NCBI GenBank assembly: GCA_964526905.1
Contig: CAZGMN010000002.1
Location: 1-43,277 of the forward strand
Reading direction: 5' to 3'
Length of the DNA: 43,277 nucleotides
Source: an uncultured Eubacteriales bacterium
GTDB taxonomy: Bacteria; Acidobacteriota; Aminicenantia; Aminicenantales; Aminicenantaceae
The position numbers were made by a program, and so were the translations under genes. A model generated the notes under the pieces. It was not told the DNA's origin. It saw only the letters and a program-made list of their open reading frames with translations, and made no database searches. Positions 10,981 through 18,508 of the stretch are shown piece after piece (within the stretch, counting starts at the first letter, position 1; every line of letters begins with the position of its first letter).

Positions 10981-12366
10981 ATGGAAAAAAAAGGCAAAAT
11001 CCACATCATCGATGACGAACAAATCATCCATGAGGTTCTGGGTGACCTCCTGACTTCCGAAGGCTATGAAGTTGAAAAATCTTTGAGCGGCGAGGAGGCT
11101 CTTGAAAAACATCCTTCCGAGTCTTTTGACCTCGTTCTTCTGGACCTGCTCATGCCCGAAATGGATGGGATAGAGGTCCTTAAAAATCTGAGGAAGATCG
11201 ACCCTCAGGTCGTGACCGTGATCATCACCGCCTATGCCTCTGTGGAATCAGCCATTTCAGCAATGAAGAGCGGAGCCTTCGATTACATCCAGAAGCCTTT
11301 CAAACATGATGAACTGCTCTTGACGGTCAAAAGAGCGCTGGAGCATCGAAAACTCAAGGAAGAAAACATTCGCTTGAAAGACGAGCTCAAGAGGAAGTTC
11401 TGCTTTGAAAACATCATCGGAAAAAGCAAAGTCATGCAGGATGTGTTCGATGTCATAAAAGCCGCAGCTCCAACGCGAAGCACGATCTTGCTCGAAGGCG
11501 AAAGCGGGACAGGAAAGGAACTCGTCTCAAGAGCCATCCACCAAAACAGCGACCGGGCGAGCTTCCCTTTCATCGTCGTCAACAGCGGCTCCCTTCCGCC
11601 TGACCTTCTGGAAAGCCATCTCTTCGGCCATGTCAAAGGAGCTTTCACGGGAGCTGTCAATCATAAAAAGGGCCTCTTCGAAGCGGCTGACAGAGGGACA
11701 ATCTTTTTTGACGAAATATCCTCTCTCAATCCAGAGACTCAAGCGAAATTGTTACGGGTGATGCAGGACAAGGAGTTCATGAGATTGGGAGGGACAAAGA
11801 CAATCAAAGTCGACGCCAGAGTCATCGCTGCCACCAACTCAGACTTGGAAGAGCTGGTCGGAAAAAAAATATTCCGCCAGGACCTTTTCTACCGGCTGAA
11901 TGTCATCAAAATCGTGCTCCCGCCACTCCGGGAAAGAAAAGAGGACATTCCCCTTCTGGTCAGACATTTTCTCACAATTTACGGAAAAGAAAATAAAAAA
12001 GAGATTACAGACATCACTGAAGACGTAATGGAGATTCTCATCAACTATGACTGGCCAGGAAACGTCAGAGAACTGGAAAATCTGATTGAAAGAGCCGTAG
12101 TCCTGACCAAGTCCAAAATCATCACCAGAGAGGGGCTCCCCCCCTTCTTCTTAACCCCGCAAGATGAGGCCAAAGCATTCTCCCCGGACGATAACGAGCA
12201 CACTCTCAAGGAACACATCCGATCCCTCCAGAGAAAAGCCATAATCAGTGCCCTGACCAAAACAAAAGGAGTTCAAAAAAAGGCCGCCAATCTTTTAGGA
12301 GTCAAGCCCACCACCCTGAATGAGATGATCAAAAGGCTGCAGATCGATATCAGCGATCTCTCCTGA
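10981..12366 (+). CDS. Sigma-54-dependent response regulator (NtrC/PilR family)
   Basis: 461 aa. The REC domain has DLVLLDLLMPEMDG. The AAA+ domain has GESGTGKE and the GAFTGA loop (KGAFTGA). The C-terminus is a Fis-type HTH (QKKAANLLGVKPTTLNEMIKRL). Confidence 0.93.
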   Translation: MEKKGKIHIIDDEQIIHEVLGDLLTSEGYEVEKSLSGEEALEKHPSESFDLVLLDLLMPEMDGIEVLKNLRKIDPQVVTVIITAYASVESAISAMKSGAFDYIQKPFKHDELLLTVKRALEHRKLKEENIRLKDELKRKFCFENIIGKSKVMQDVFDVIKAAAPTRSTILLEGESGTGKELVSRAIHQNSDRASFPFIVVNSGSLPPDLLESHLFGHVKGAFTGAVNHKKGLFEAADRGTIFFDEISSLNPETQAKLLRVMQDKEFMRLGGTKTIKVDARVIAATNSDLEELVGKKIFRQDLFYRLNVIKIVLPPLRERKEDIPLLVRHFLTIYGKENKKEITDITEDVMEILINYDWPGNVRELENLIERAVVLTKSKIITREGLPPFFLTPQDEAKAFSPDDNEHTLKEHIRSLQRKAIISALTKTKGVQKKAANLLGVKPTTLNEMIKRLQIDISDLS

Positions 12367-12519
12367 TAGGCTCAGGCAGAGTAGCTCGTCAGCACGCCGC
12401 TTTTGCCCCAGCGAGGCAAAAGCGGCTCGATTCAAGGCTTCGCTCTCCTCTCCCTTCGGTCGAGGAACCATGCCCGCTCAGCCTTTCATACGGCTTTCTC
12501 GCCACTCTGCCTTCGCCTA
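12367..12519. other. GC-rich structured intergenic element: a candidate ncRNA, or a MITE-like element with imperfect terminal inverted repeats
   Basis: A long-range closing stem pairs TAGGC (12367-71) with GCCTA (12515-19), AGGCAGAGT (12374-82) with ACTCTGCCT (12504-12), and GC (12384-85) with GC (12501-02). Inside lies a perfect 12-bp hairpin: GCCGCTTTTGCC (12396-12407) with GGCAAAAGCGGC (12415-12426). AAGGCT (12434-39) pairs with AGCCTT (12480-85), enclosing TCCTC (12446-50)/GAGGA (12462-66) with a C(TTCG)G apex. The element is visibly more GC-rich than its flanks. Confidence 0.4.
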
Positions 12520-12558
12520 GCGATATAAAGCCTGGGAAAAAGTCTAAGTTAAAGGGAA

Positions 12559-15171
12559 TTATAAAATTTTCCCCGGCAGGGCGTTGTCGGGATTCACTCT
12601 TATCTTCTTCGGTTTTTCCTTTAATTCAAACTCAAAAGTCTTGGCCTGGTCATCAACAACAAGCATCTTCCTGACCTTTTTCCCGCTCTCCAGCCACTCG
12701 ATCCACAGCGGAAAAAGAAAATGCTCTCTGAGCTGGGTTACTCTGACTGTCAGAATCAACCCCTCCCTTCCCTTTTTGACAGAATGGGTAACCTTGAGTT
12801 CAGGAAGAAGATAGGAATCAAACCAATGCTTGAAGAAATTTTCCAGGTCTTTTCCTGAAACACGCTCCATAATTCTGATAAAGCCTCTGGTGTTGGCAAC
12901 GTTGTACTTGTATTTTCCGAAGAATTCCTTTAATCCCTCAAAAAAGACTTCCTCGCCTATTAAGTCTTTAAGCAGATTCAATGCCAGTGAGGTCTTATTG
13001 TAGATGATGGACTGGTAAGCAAGAAAATTAAAAAAGCTGAGGCGAGAGCCAAGAGTGATTGGCCCCCACTTCGAATATTTTTCCGTCCATCGTGAAAACT
13101 TCTTAAGAATGAAAGAATAAGCATCCTCGCCATGACATTCTCTCAAATAGAGGGCAGCGGCAAATTGAGCCAATCCTTCACTCAGCCACTGGTCGTGATA
13201 GGTTTTCCAGGTGACAGCATGCCCCCACCACTGGTGGGCAATTTCGTGGGCAATAACATATTCTTTCCAGCGGGAGAGGTCCACTGGACTCCGGACATTG
13301 ACATAATGCCCTCCTTCTGCAACTTGAGGCGGCTCATTGAGAACAATAAAGGAAGGGGAGCAGTGGCCTCCGGTTGAAGGCCAGTTTCTCTCGACGATCG
13401 ATAGCTTTTCATAGGGAAAAGGCCCAAACTGACCTTCATAGAATTGAATAATCTTTTTGGCATCCTCAACGAGCCCTTTCTTTTGGAAAGAGATTCCAGA
13501 GGAGGCGTAGAGCCTGAGCGGGATAGAGCCTTTATCTTCTCGGGTCTTGGAAATATCTCCGACAATAAAGGAGACATATTTGAGAGGATATTTTGTTTCG
13601 AAGATATAAACAGAGCTTCCGATTTTGTCCACTTCCTCGACTCTCTCCGCTCCGTTCAATTTGCTTTGCTCAATCAATTCGCCATTCGAAACACAACCGT
13701 ATCCAGGCGGAACAATGATTCTCAACTTTGCTGTGAAATAATCATCATCCGGAGGAGAAGGATACCAGTAGGGGCGTCGCGTGAAGAGATAGGTCTCGAA
13801 GCTTGGGGGATTAAAGACAATCGACTCGGGCTGTTTTTGATATTGGATGACGACATCTTCAACCTGTGTCGGAGGCGAAATTTTCCCTCGATAAAAAATC
13901 TCGATGGTGCAAGGTTTCTCGCGAGATGGAGGATTGGCGAAATAAACATAAAGGAACTCCCTCATTTTATCCCGGCTGTAAAACAGCTCATGCATCTCCT
14001 GATCATAGATGCGCAGGATTTCCAATTTGGGATTCAACTTAAGCTTGACTCTTTCCAGAAAGTCGACTTTGGGCTCGATTTCAACTTCTGCCTTTCCGGA
14101 AAGGAACGACTGCTTCGGATTAAAATCAATATCAATCTTGTAGTTCTTGACTTCGAACATCTCGCCAAAAGTCACAACCATTCTTTTCTTATTGTCTTCG
14201 ACGAAAGGCGAATAGAGGTTGATGATCTTTTTATCTTTCCAGCGATAAAGGTGGGTCTCCTCATCTGAAAAAGGGGAATAGATATAGGTCAGGTTTCCAT
14301 ACTTTTTCCCGCTAAAATCAATGACAGCCTCTTCGGCTTGAGGAAGAGCCGAATACAGCTCCTTGTTGAGGGAATTTTCAACCGTAAAGGAATTGGAATA
14401 ATGCCTGGAAAACAGGGAATAGGCATTGTTTTTCTCTAAATCAGAGACTTGGAAGTCATCCTTATCTTTTTCAATCCTGATGTTATTATCAAAAAAATAG
14501 TTGGAAAACCTGAGATAAGCATAGCTGAGCTCATCCTCAAGAGAGAGTTTCTTATAGATAAGGTCCAGCTGGTGTTGTTCCTGCGGGTCTGAAGGAGAAA
14601 AAATCAAATGGCCCTTGCCGACGACGAGCAGGGCTGTCTCCAGCTCAGGGATGTTGTCAAAAAAGACGAGGGCATCCTTAAAGATGAGCTTGAGATCGAC
14701 ATGCTCGATCTCAATCGACTTGACTCTTTCAACTCTTTCAGAGGGGATTTTGATCTTGTAAAGCGTGGAGATGCTCCCGATTATATTCTTCTTGTTGACC
14801 TTCCACCGCGCCTCTGCCTGGATGAGGCTCAGGCGCCAGTTCTCAATTTTCACTGAAAAAGAATTCTGAAAGAGAGCCTGAAGAAAGACGATTGTCTCAT
14901 CAGCGATCTGGTTCAGCTTTCCAGCCTTGTACAAAGTCACTCTATCCATCAGGAGCTGGTCAAAGTTCATTTTTATGCTGGCCTCCTCCTCTGCTCTGAG
15001 CTCTTCTTGAAAATTCTCCAGGTAGGCCGGAATGTTTCTCTCGTTCAAGGACTTTTGGATTTGAACGATAAACTCATTCAGAGGGTCTTCCTGGGAGGCC
15101 GCTTCAAAGGTCAAGGAAAGGGAAAGGAGGGAAAAGACAAAGATTTGAACGATGAATCTCTTCTTCATCAT
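12559..15171 (-). CDS. Secreted M1-family (gluzincin) metallopeptidase-like protein with atypical architecture
   Basis: 870 aa with signal peptide MMKKRFIVQIFVFSLLSLSLTFEAAS. The zinc motif HEIAHQWWGH is followed by WLSEGLAQF (HEXXH-X18-E), located around residue 640. No GAMEN exopeptidase motif precedes it. Confidence 0.8.
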   Translation of the reverse strand: MMKKRFIVQIFVFSLLSLSLTFEAASQEDPLNEFIVQIQKSLNERNIPAYLENFQEELRAEEEASIKMNFDQLLMDRVTLYKAGKLNQIADETIVFLQALFQNSFSVKIENWRLSLIQAEARWKVNKKNIIGSISTLYKIKIPSERVERVKSIEIEHVDLKLIFKDALVFFDNIPELETALLVVGKGHLIFSPSDPQEQHQLDLIYKKLSLEDELSYAYLRFSNYFFDNNIRIEKDKDDFQVSDLEKNNAYSLFSRHYSNSFTVENSLNKELYSALPQAEEAVIDFSGKKYGNLTYIYSPFSDEETHLYRWKDKKIINLYSPFVEDNKKRMVVTFGEMFEVKNYKIDIDFNPKQSFLSGKAEVEIEPKVDFLERVKLKLNPKLEILRIYDQEMHELFYSRDKMREFLYVYFANPPSREKPCTIEIFYRGKISPPTQVEDVVIQYQKQPESIVFNPPSFETYLFTRRPYWYPSPPDDDYFTAKLRIIVPPGYGCVSNGELIEQSKLNGAERVEEVDKIGSSVYIFETKYPLKYVSFIVGDISKTREDKGSIPLRLYASSGISFQKKGLVEDAKKIIQFYEGQFGPFPYEKLSIVERNWPSTGGHCSPSFIVLNEPPQVAEGGHYVNVRSPVDLSRWKEYVIAHEIAHQWWGHAVTWKTYHDQWLSEGLAQFAAALYLRECHGEDAYSFILKKFSRWTEKYSKWGPITLGSRLSFFNFLAYQSIIYNKTSLALNLLKDLIGEEVFFEGLKEFFGKYKYNVANTRGFIRIMERVSGKDLENFFKHWFDSYLLPELKVTHSVKKGREGLILTVRVTQLREHFLFPLWIEWLESGKKVRKMLVVDDQAKTFEFELKEKPKKIRVNPDNALPGKIL

Positions 15172-15180
15172 TTTAGGCTT

Positions 15181-15189
15181 ATTATATCA
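15181..15189 (-). promoter_or_regulatory. Candidate extended -10 sigma-70 promoter giving a near-leaderless peptidase mRNA
   Basis: The minus strand reads TGATATAAT (TGn + perfect TATAAT), then 9 nt (AAGCCTAAA), then the ATG at 15171. No Shine-Dalgarno sequence is present. Confidence 0.35.
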
Positions 15190-15280
15190 AATTTAAAAAA
15201 TCCATTAAGACAATGGAAAATCTGCTTTTTGCTTTTCTCCATCCCTGGGGAAGGTCCATCTCTAACTCTCGTTAAAAAAT

Positions 15281-15296
15281 AGCAATTTTTGTGCCA
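15281..15296 (-). promoter_or_regulatory. Sigma-54 (-24/-12) promoter directed at the M1-like peptidase gene
   Basis: The minus strand reads TTGGCAC-AAAAA-TTGCT. This matches the TGGCAC-N5-TTGCW consensus with exact GG/GC spacing. It lies ~110 nt upstream of the 15171 start, in an intergenic region. Confidence 0.7.
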
Positions 15297-15456
15297 ATTG
15301 AATTAGAAAAGGAAACATCAAATCTTTGGGAGAACTCTCGAAATTCTGGTCAAGGCTGGATAATGATTAAAGGCCTGTTGTAAAAAAACTTAACAGCGGT
15401 GACTGAAAGCAAGACAGCCGCAGATTGGGCAGATTCTCTGGATTGTTAACTTTAAC

Positions 15457-15906
15457 TTAACTTCCTGAAGCCGATTTTTTGCCTTTCTCGGTGACAAAAT
15501 CCTCTTCCCAGGTGATAAAGCTATGATAGAAAATCTTGTCTCCTTCCTCGATTCCTCGCGTAATTTCCGTAACGTGAGAAGTGGTGGCGCCAAAAGCCTC
15601 GACAGCATAAAGCACGGCTTTTTCTGGTTCAACAGAGCTGCCGCAGGTGTAGAAGTCAAGAGCGCCATATTTGTACTCCGGCCAGGTATGGATAGAGATG
15701 TGCGATTCGGAAATGACAATGACCCCACTGACTCCACTGGGCGGGAACCTGTTGACAGAAATGGACCAGACCTGGGCTCCGGCAATCTCGGCTGCTTTGA
15801 CCAAAATCTGCTGAACCTTGTCCACGCTGCCGATGATCTCAGGGTCACATCCTGACGCTTCGACGATATAATGATGGCCTACAGCTCGATGAACCTTTTT
15901 TGTCAT
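15457..15906 (-). CDS. speH: S-adenosylmethionine decarboxylase proenzyme (small pyruvoyl SpeH/SpeD type)
   Basis: VGHHYIVEASGC... and the self-processing/active-site motif VISESHISIHTWPE, then ALDFYTCG. The ORF opens at 15921 (MRRRRM), but the second ATG (15906) is preceded by AGGAG at good spacing and is the likelier start. Confidence 0.9.
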   Translation of the reverse strand: MTKKVHRAVGHHYIVEASGCDPEIIGSVDKVQQILVKAAEIAGAQVWSISVNRFPPSGVSGVIVISESHISIHTWPEYKYGALDFYTCGSSVEPEKAVLYAVEAFGATTSHVTEITRGIEEGDKIFYHSFITWEEDFVTEKGKKSASGS

Positions 15907-15934
15907 TCTTCTTCTCCTCATTAACTTGAAAGTA

Positions 15935-15962
15935 ATTATGGCAGATTCCTGCTCGCTGTCAA
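15935..15962 (-). promoter_or_regulatory. Candidate sigma-70 promoter for speH
   Basis: The minus strand reads TTGACA (15962-15957)-N16-CATAAT (15940-15935). The predicted start site lies ~20 nt upstream of the 15906 ATG. Confidence 0.5.
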
Positions 15963-16004
15963 GAATTCTTTTGTCTTATTAAGCATCTTTTGTCCCCCAA
16001 GTCC

Positions 16005-16034
16005 TTGACAAGGCTAATGAGTATCTGTTATAAA
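16005..16034 (+). promoter_or_regulatory. Candidate sigma-70 promoter for the NuoE/NuoF-like operon
   Basis: TTGACA (16005-16010)-N18-TATAAA (16029-16034), ~135 nt upstream of the 16170 ATG. It is divergent from the speH promoter. Confidence 0.5.
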
Positions 16035-16169
16035 AATCCCTTAATAATTATTATATTTTTAAGTTAATGGGCGGAATTATAAAAATTATACCCGAAACAA
16101 CATTTTCCCCCCTCCAACTTAAAAATCAACGAAAGAAATAAAAAGCTGATTAAGAGGCGGAGAGAATCC

Positions 16170-16670
16170 ATGGCCAACGGCGCTCTTCAATTTGAAACTA
16201 TAATAAAAAAACATCCCAGAGAAAAAAAATCATTGATACCGATCCTTCAAGATATCCAGGTTCAATTCAATTACCTCCCTCAGGAGGCCTTGCTTCTGGT
16301 CTCGGATACCTTGAATATCCCCTTGATTGATGTCCTCAGCGTGGCGAGTTTCTATAATGCTTTCAGCCTTAAGCCCAGGGGGAAGCATGTGGTCACTGTT
16401 TGCATGGGAACAGCCTGCCATGTCAGAGGTGCTCCCCCTATTTTGGAAGAATTCAAAAGAAAACTCAACGTCGATGTTGAAGAAACAACCAAAGACAACT
16501 TATTTACATTAGAAACTGTCAACTGCTTGGGAGCCTGTGCTCTTGGCCCCATTGTGGTTATTGATGGCGATTATTACGGTCAAATGAAAATAAGAAAAGT
16601 CGATAAACTTATTAAAAAATTTAGACCAGAAAAAAGGAGCGGGGTGAATAATGAACGGAATGAACGTTAA
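16170..16670 (+). CDS. NuoE/HydC-type thioredoxin-like [2Fe-2S] ferredoxin subunit
   Basis: 166 aa. SLIPILQDIQ..., cluster motifs CMGTACHVRG and VNCLGACALGP, and GDYYG. Confidence 0.9.
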   Translation: MANGALQFETIIKKHPREKKSLIPILQDIQVQFNYLPQEALLLVSDTLNIPLIDVLSVASFYNAFSLKPRGKHVVTVCMGTACHVRGAPPILEEFKRKLNVDVEETTKDNLFTLETVNCLGACALGPIVVIDGDYYGQMKIRKVDKLIKKFRPEKRSGVNNERNER

Positions 16671-18501
16671 CAAGCTGGAAGAGATAAGAGGCGAGATCTT
16701 AAAATCCCGTAAAAAACAGAAACCGACCATCACTATCTGCAGCGGAACAGGCTGTCATGCCTACGGCTGTGTAAAAATAGCCCAAGCTTTTGAAGACGAA
16801 ATCAAAAAACAGAATCTTCAAGATACGGTCGATGTCAGAACCACAGGCTGTCATGGTTTCTGTGAAAGAGGCCCGATTGTTGTCATCCAACCCGATGGAA
16901 TATTCTACCAAAAGATCCAGCTCAAGGATGTCAAAGAAGTCATATCAGAAACAATTAAAGGCAAAAAAATCATTGAGAGGCTTCTCTATGTTGATCCAAA
17001 AACCGGGGAAAAAATTGTTTATGAAAAAGAAGTCCCTTTCTATAAAAAGCAAAAAAGAATTATTTTTAAGAACAACGGATTCATCGACCCGACTGAAATC
17101 AAAGATTACATGGCCTTGAATGGCTATTCGGCCCTGGCAAGAGTTGTAAAAGAGATAACTCCTCGGAAAATTATTGAAGAAATAAAAAAATCGGGCTTAA
17201 GGGGAAGAGGAGGGGCAGGATTCCATACAGGATTAAAATGGGAAATAACTTCAAAGTCATCAGCAAAGATTAAATATCTCGTTTGCAACTGCGATGAAGG
17301 TGACCCTGGCGCCTACATGGATAGAAGCTTGCTGGAAGGAAATCCTCATAGTGTCATCGAGGGGATGCTGATCGGAGCCTATGCCGTGGGCGCCAAAGAG
17401 GGATTTATCTATGTTCGTGATGAATATCCTCTTGCCGTAGAAAATGCGTCCCTTGCCCTCAAGCAGGCCAGAGATTATAGCCTCCTTGGAAAAAATATCC
17501 TCGGAACAGAATTCAGTTTTGATATTTCAATCTCTAAGGGAGCCGGAGCTTTCGTCTCTGGGGAAGAATCGGCTTTATTGGCTTGTATTGAAGGGAAAAT
17601 TGGAATTCCTAAACAACGACCCCCTTACCCTGCTCAAAGAGGACTCTGGAGCAAGCCAACAATTATCAATAACGTTGAGACGTGGTCCAACGTTCCTGTC
17701 ATCATCAACAAGGGCGCCGGATGGTTCTCTCAAATTGGCACCGATGGAAGTAAAGGGACTAAAATATTTTCTCTTGTTGGAAAAATCAACAATACGGGTT
17801 TAGTGGAAGTTCCGATGGGGATGACTCTGAGGGAAATCATCTTTGACATCGGTGGAGGAATCCCGGCAGGAAGAGAGTTCAAGGCTGTTCAGACAGGTGG
17901 CCCATCCGGAGGATGCATTCCCAAAGAGAAGCTTGACCTGCCTATCGATTATGAAAGTTTGACTCAAGCCGGCTCGATCATGGGCTCGGGTGGAATGATT
18001 GTCATGGACGATAAGACCTGCATGGTTGATGTTGCCAAATACTTTTTGAATTTTCTGCGCGATGAATCCTGCGGCAAATGTCTCTCCTGCCGAGAAGGAA
18101 CTCAAAGGATGTGGGAGATTGTCAAGGATATCTCTGAGGGAAAGGGAAAAGAAGGAGACCTCGAATTGCTCGAAGAATTAGCCCAGGCAACAAGGGACGC
18201 CTCCATGTGCGGGCTGGGACAGACTGCCGCCAATCCTGTGTTCTCCACCATCAGATATTTTAGGGACGAATTTGAAGCCCATATAAAGGATAAAAAGTGT
18301 CCGGCAGGAGTGTGTTTAAAGTTGATCCAGTATTCTGTAATCGAGGAGAAATGCACCGGTTGTCTGGCCTGCTTGAAGGTTTGTCCTCAGGAAGCCATCT
18401 CTGGGGAGCTGAAAAAAGTTCACGTCATCGATCATAGCAAATGCATCAAATGCGGGGCCTGTTTTGAAGCTTGTAATTTTGATGCAATCAAAATAACGTG
18501 A
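16651..18501 (+). CDS. NuoF/HydB-type NADH-binding FMN/FeS subunit with an N-terminal [2Fe-2S] domain and a C-terminal 2x[4Fe-4S] ferredoxin domain
   Basis: 616 aa. The N-terminus has CSGTGCHAYGC...TGCHGFCERGP. The core has GRGGAGFHTGLKW, CNCDEGDPGAYMDR and ESCGKCLSCREG. The C-terminus has CTGCLACLKVCP and CIKCGACFEACN. It overlaps the NuoE-like gene by 20 nt. Confidence 0.9.
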   Translation: MNGMNVNKLEEIRGEILKSRKKQKPTITICSGTGCHAYGCVKIAQAFEDEIKKQNLQDTVDVRTTGCHGFCERGPIVVIQPDGIFYQKIQLKDVKEVISETIKGKKIIERLLYVDPKTGEKIVYEKEVPFYKKQKRIIFKNNGFIDPTEIKDYMALNGYSALARVVKEITPRKIIEEIKKSGLRGRGGAGFHTGLKWEITSKSSAKIKYLVCNCDEGDPGAYMDRSLLEGNPHSVIEGMLIGAYAVGAKEGFIYVRDEYPLAVENASLALKQARDYSLLGKNILGTEFSFDISISKGAGAFVSGEESALLACIEGKIGIPKQRPPYPAQRGLWSKPTIINNVETWSNVPVIINKGAGWFSQIGTDGSKGTKIFSLVGKINNTGLVEVPMGMTLREIIFDIGGGIPAGREFKAVQTGGPSGGCIPKEKLDLPIDYESLTQAGSIMGSGGMIVMDDKTCMVDVAKYFLNFLRDESCGKCLSCREGTQRMWEIVKDISEGKGKEGDLELLEELAQATRDASMCGLGQTAANPVFSTIRYFRDEFEAHIKDKKCPAGVCLKLIQYSVIEEKCTGCLACLKVCPQEAISGELKKVHVIDHSKCIKCGACFEACNFDAIKIT

Positions 18502-18508
18502 GGAATCC

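Noticed and set aside
12385-12527. The plus-strand translation through the structured element contains QGFALLSL, vaguely reminiscent of a prepilin G|FTLIE cleavage site at the position where pilA follows pilR in some lineages.
   Set aside because: There is no start codon or RBS in frame, no Glu at +5, and the following residues (RSRNHARSAF) are not the hydrophobic pilin helix. I regard it as chance.
15162-15180. Shared 10-mer GCCTAAAATG at the start codons of the peptidase gene (minus strand, 15169-15178) and the M50 gene (21008-21017)
   Set aside because: Two occurrences of a short AT-rich string are compatible with chance. This is noted only as context for the leaderless-start idea.
15182-15259. 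25-codon upstream ORF (MDLPQGWRKAKSRFSIVLMDFLNLI) inside the predicted sigma-54 leader of the peptidase gene
   Set aside because: It is short, has no recognisable leader-peptide logic, and has only a weak purine-rich stretch as an RBS. It cannot be supported from sequence alone.
15382-15421. Possible terminator after speH: GCGG...CCGC plus a 3-bp extension, followed by T7 on the minus strand
   Set aside because: The stem is only 4+3 bp with a bulge, and the T-tract is separated from it by 5 nt. It is too weak to call, and read-through toward the sigma-54 promoter region cannot be excluded.
15390-15848. 152-aa minus-strand ORF overlapping speH in another frame
   Set aside because: The speH frame carries the diagnostic SESHISIHTWPE motif. 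The overlapping frame has no motif and no plausible start context.
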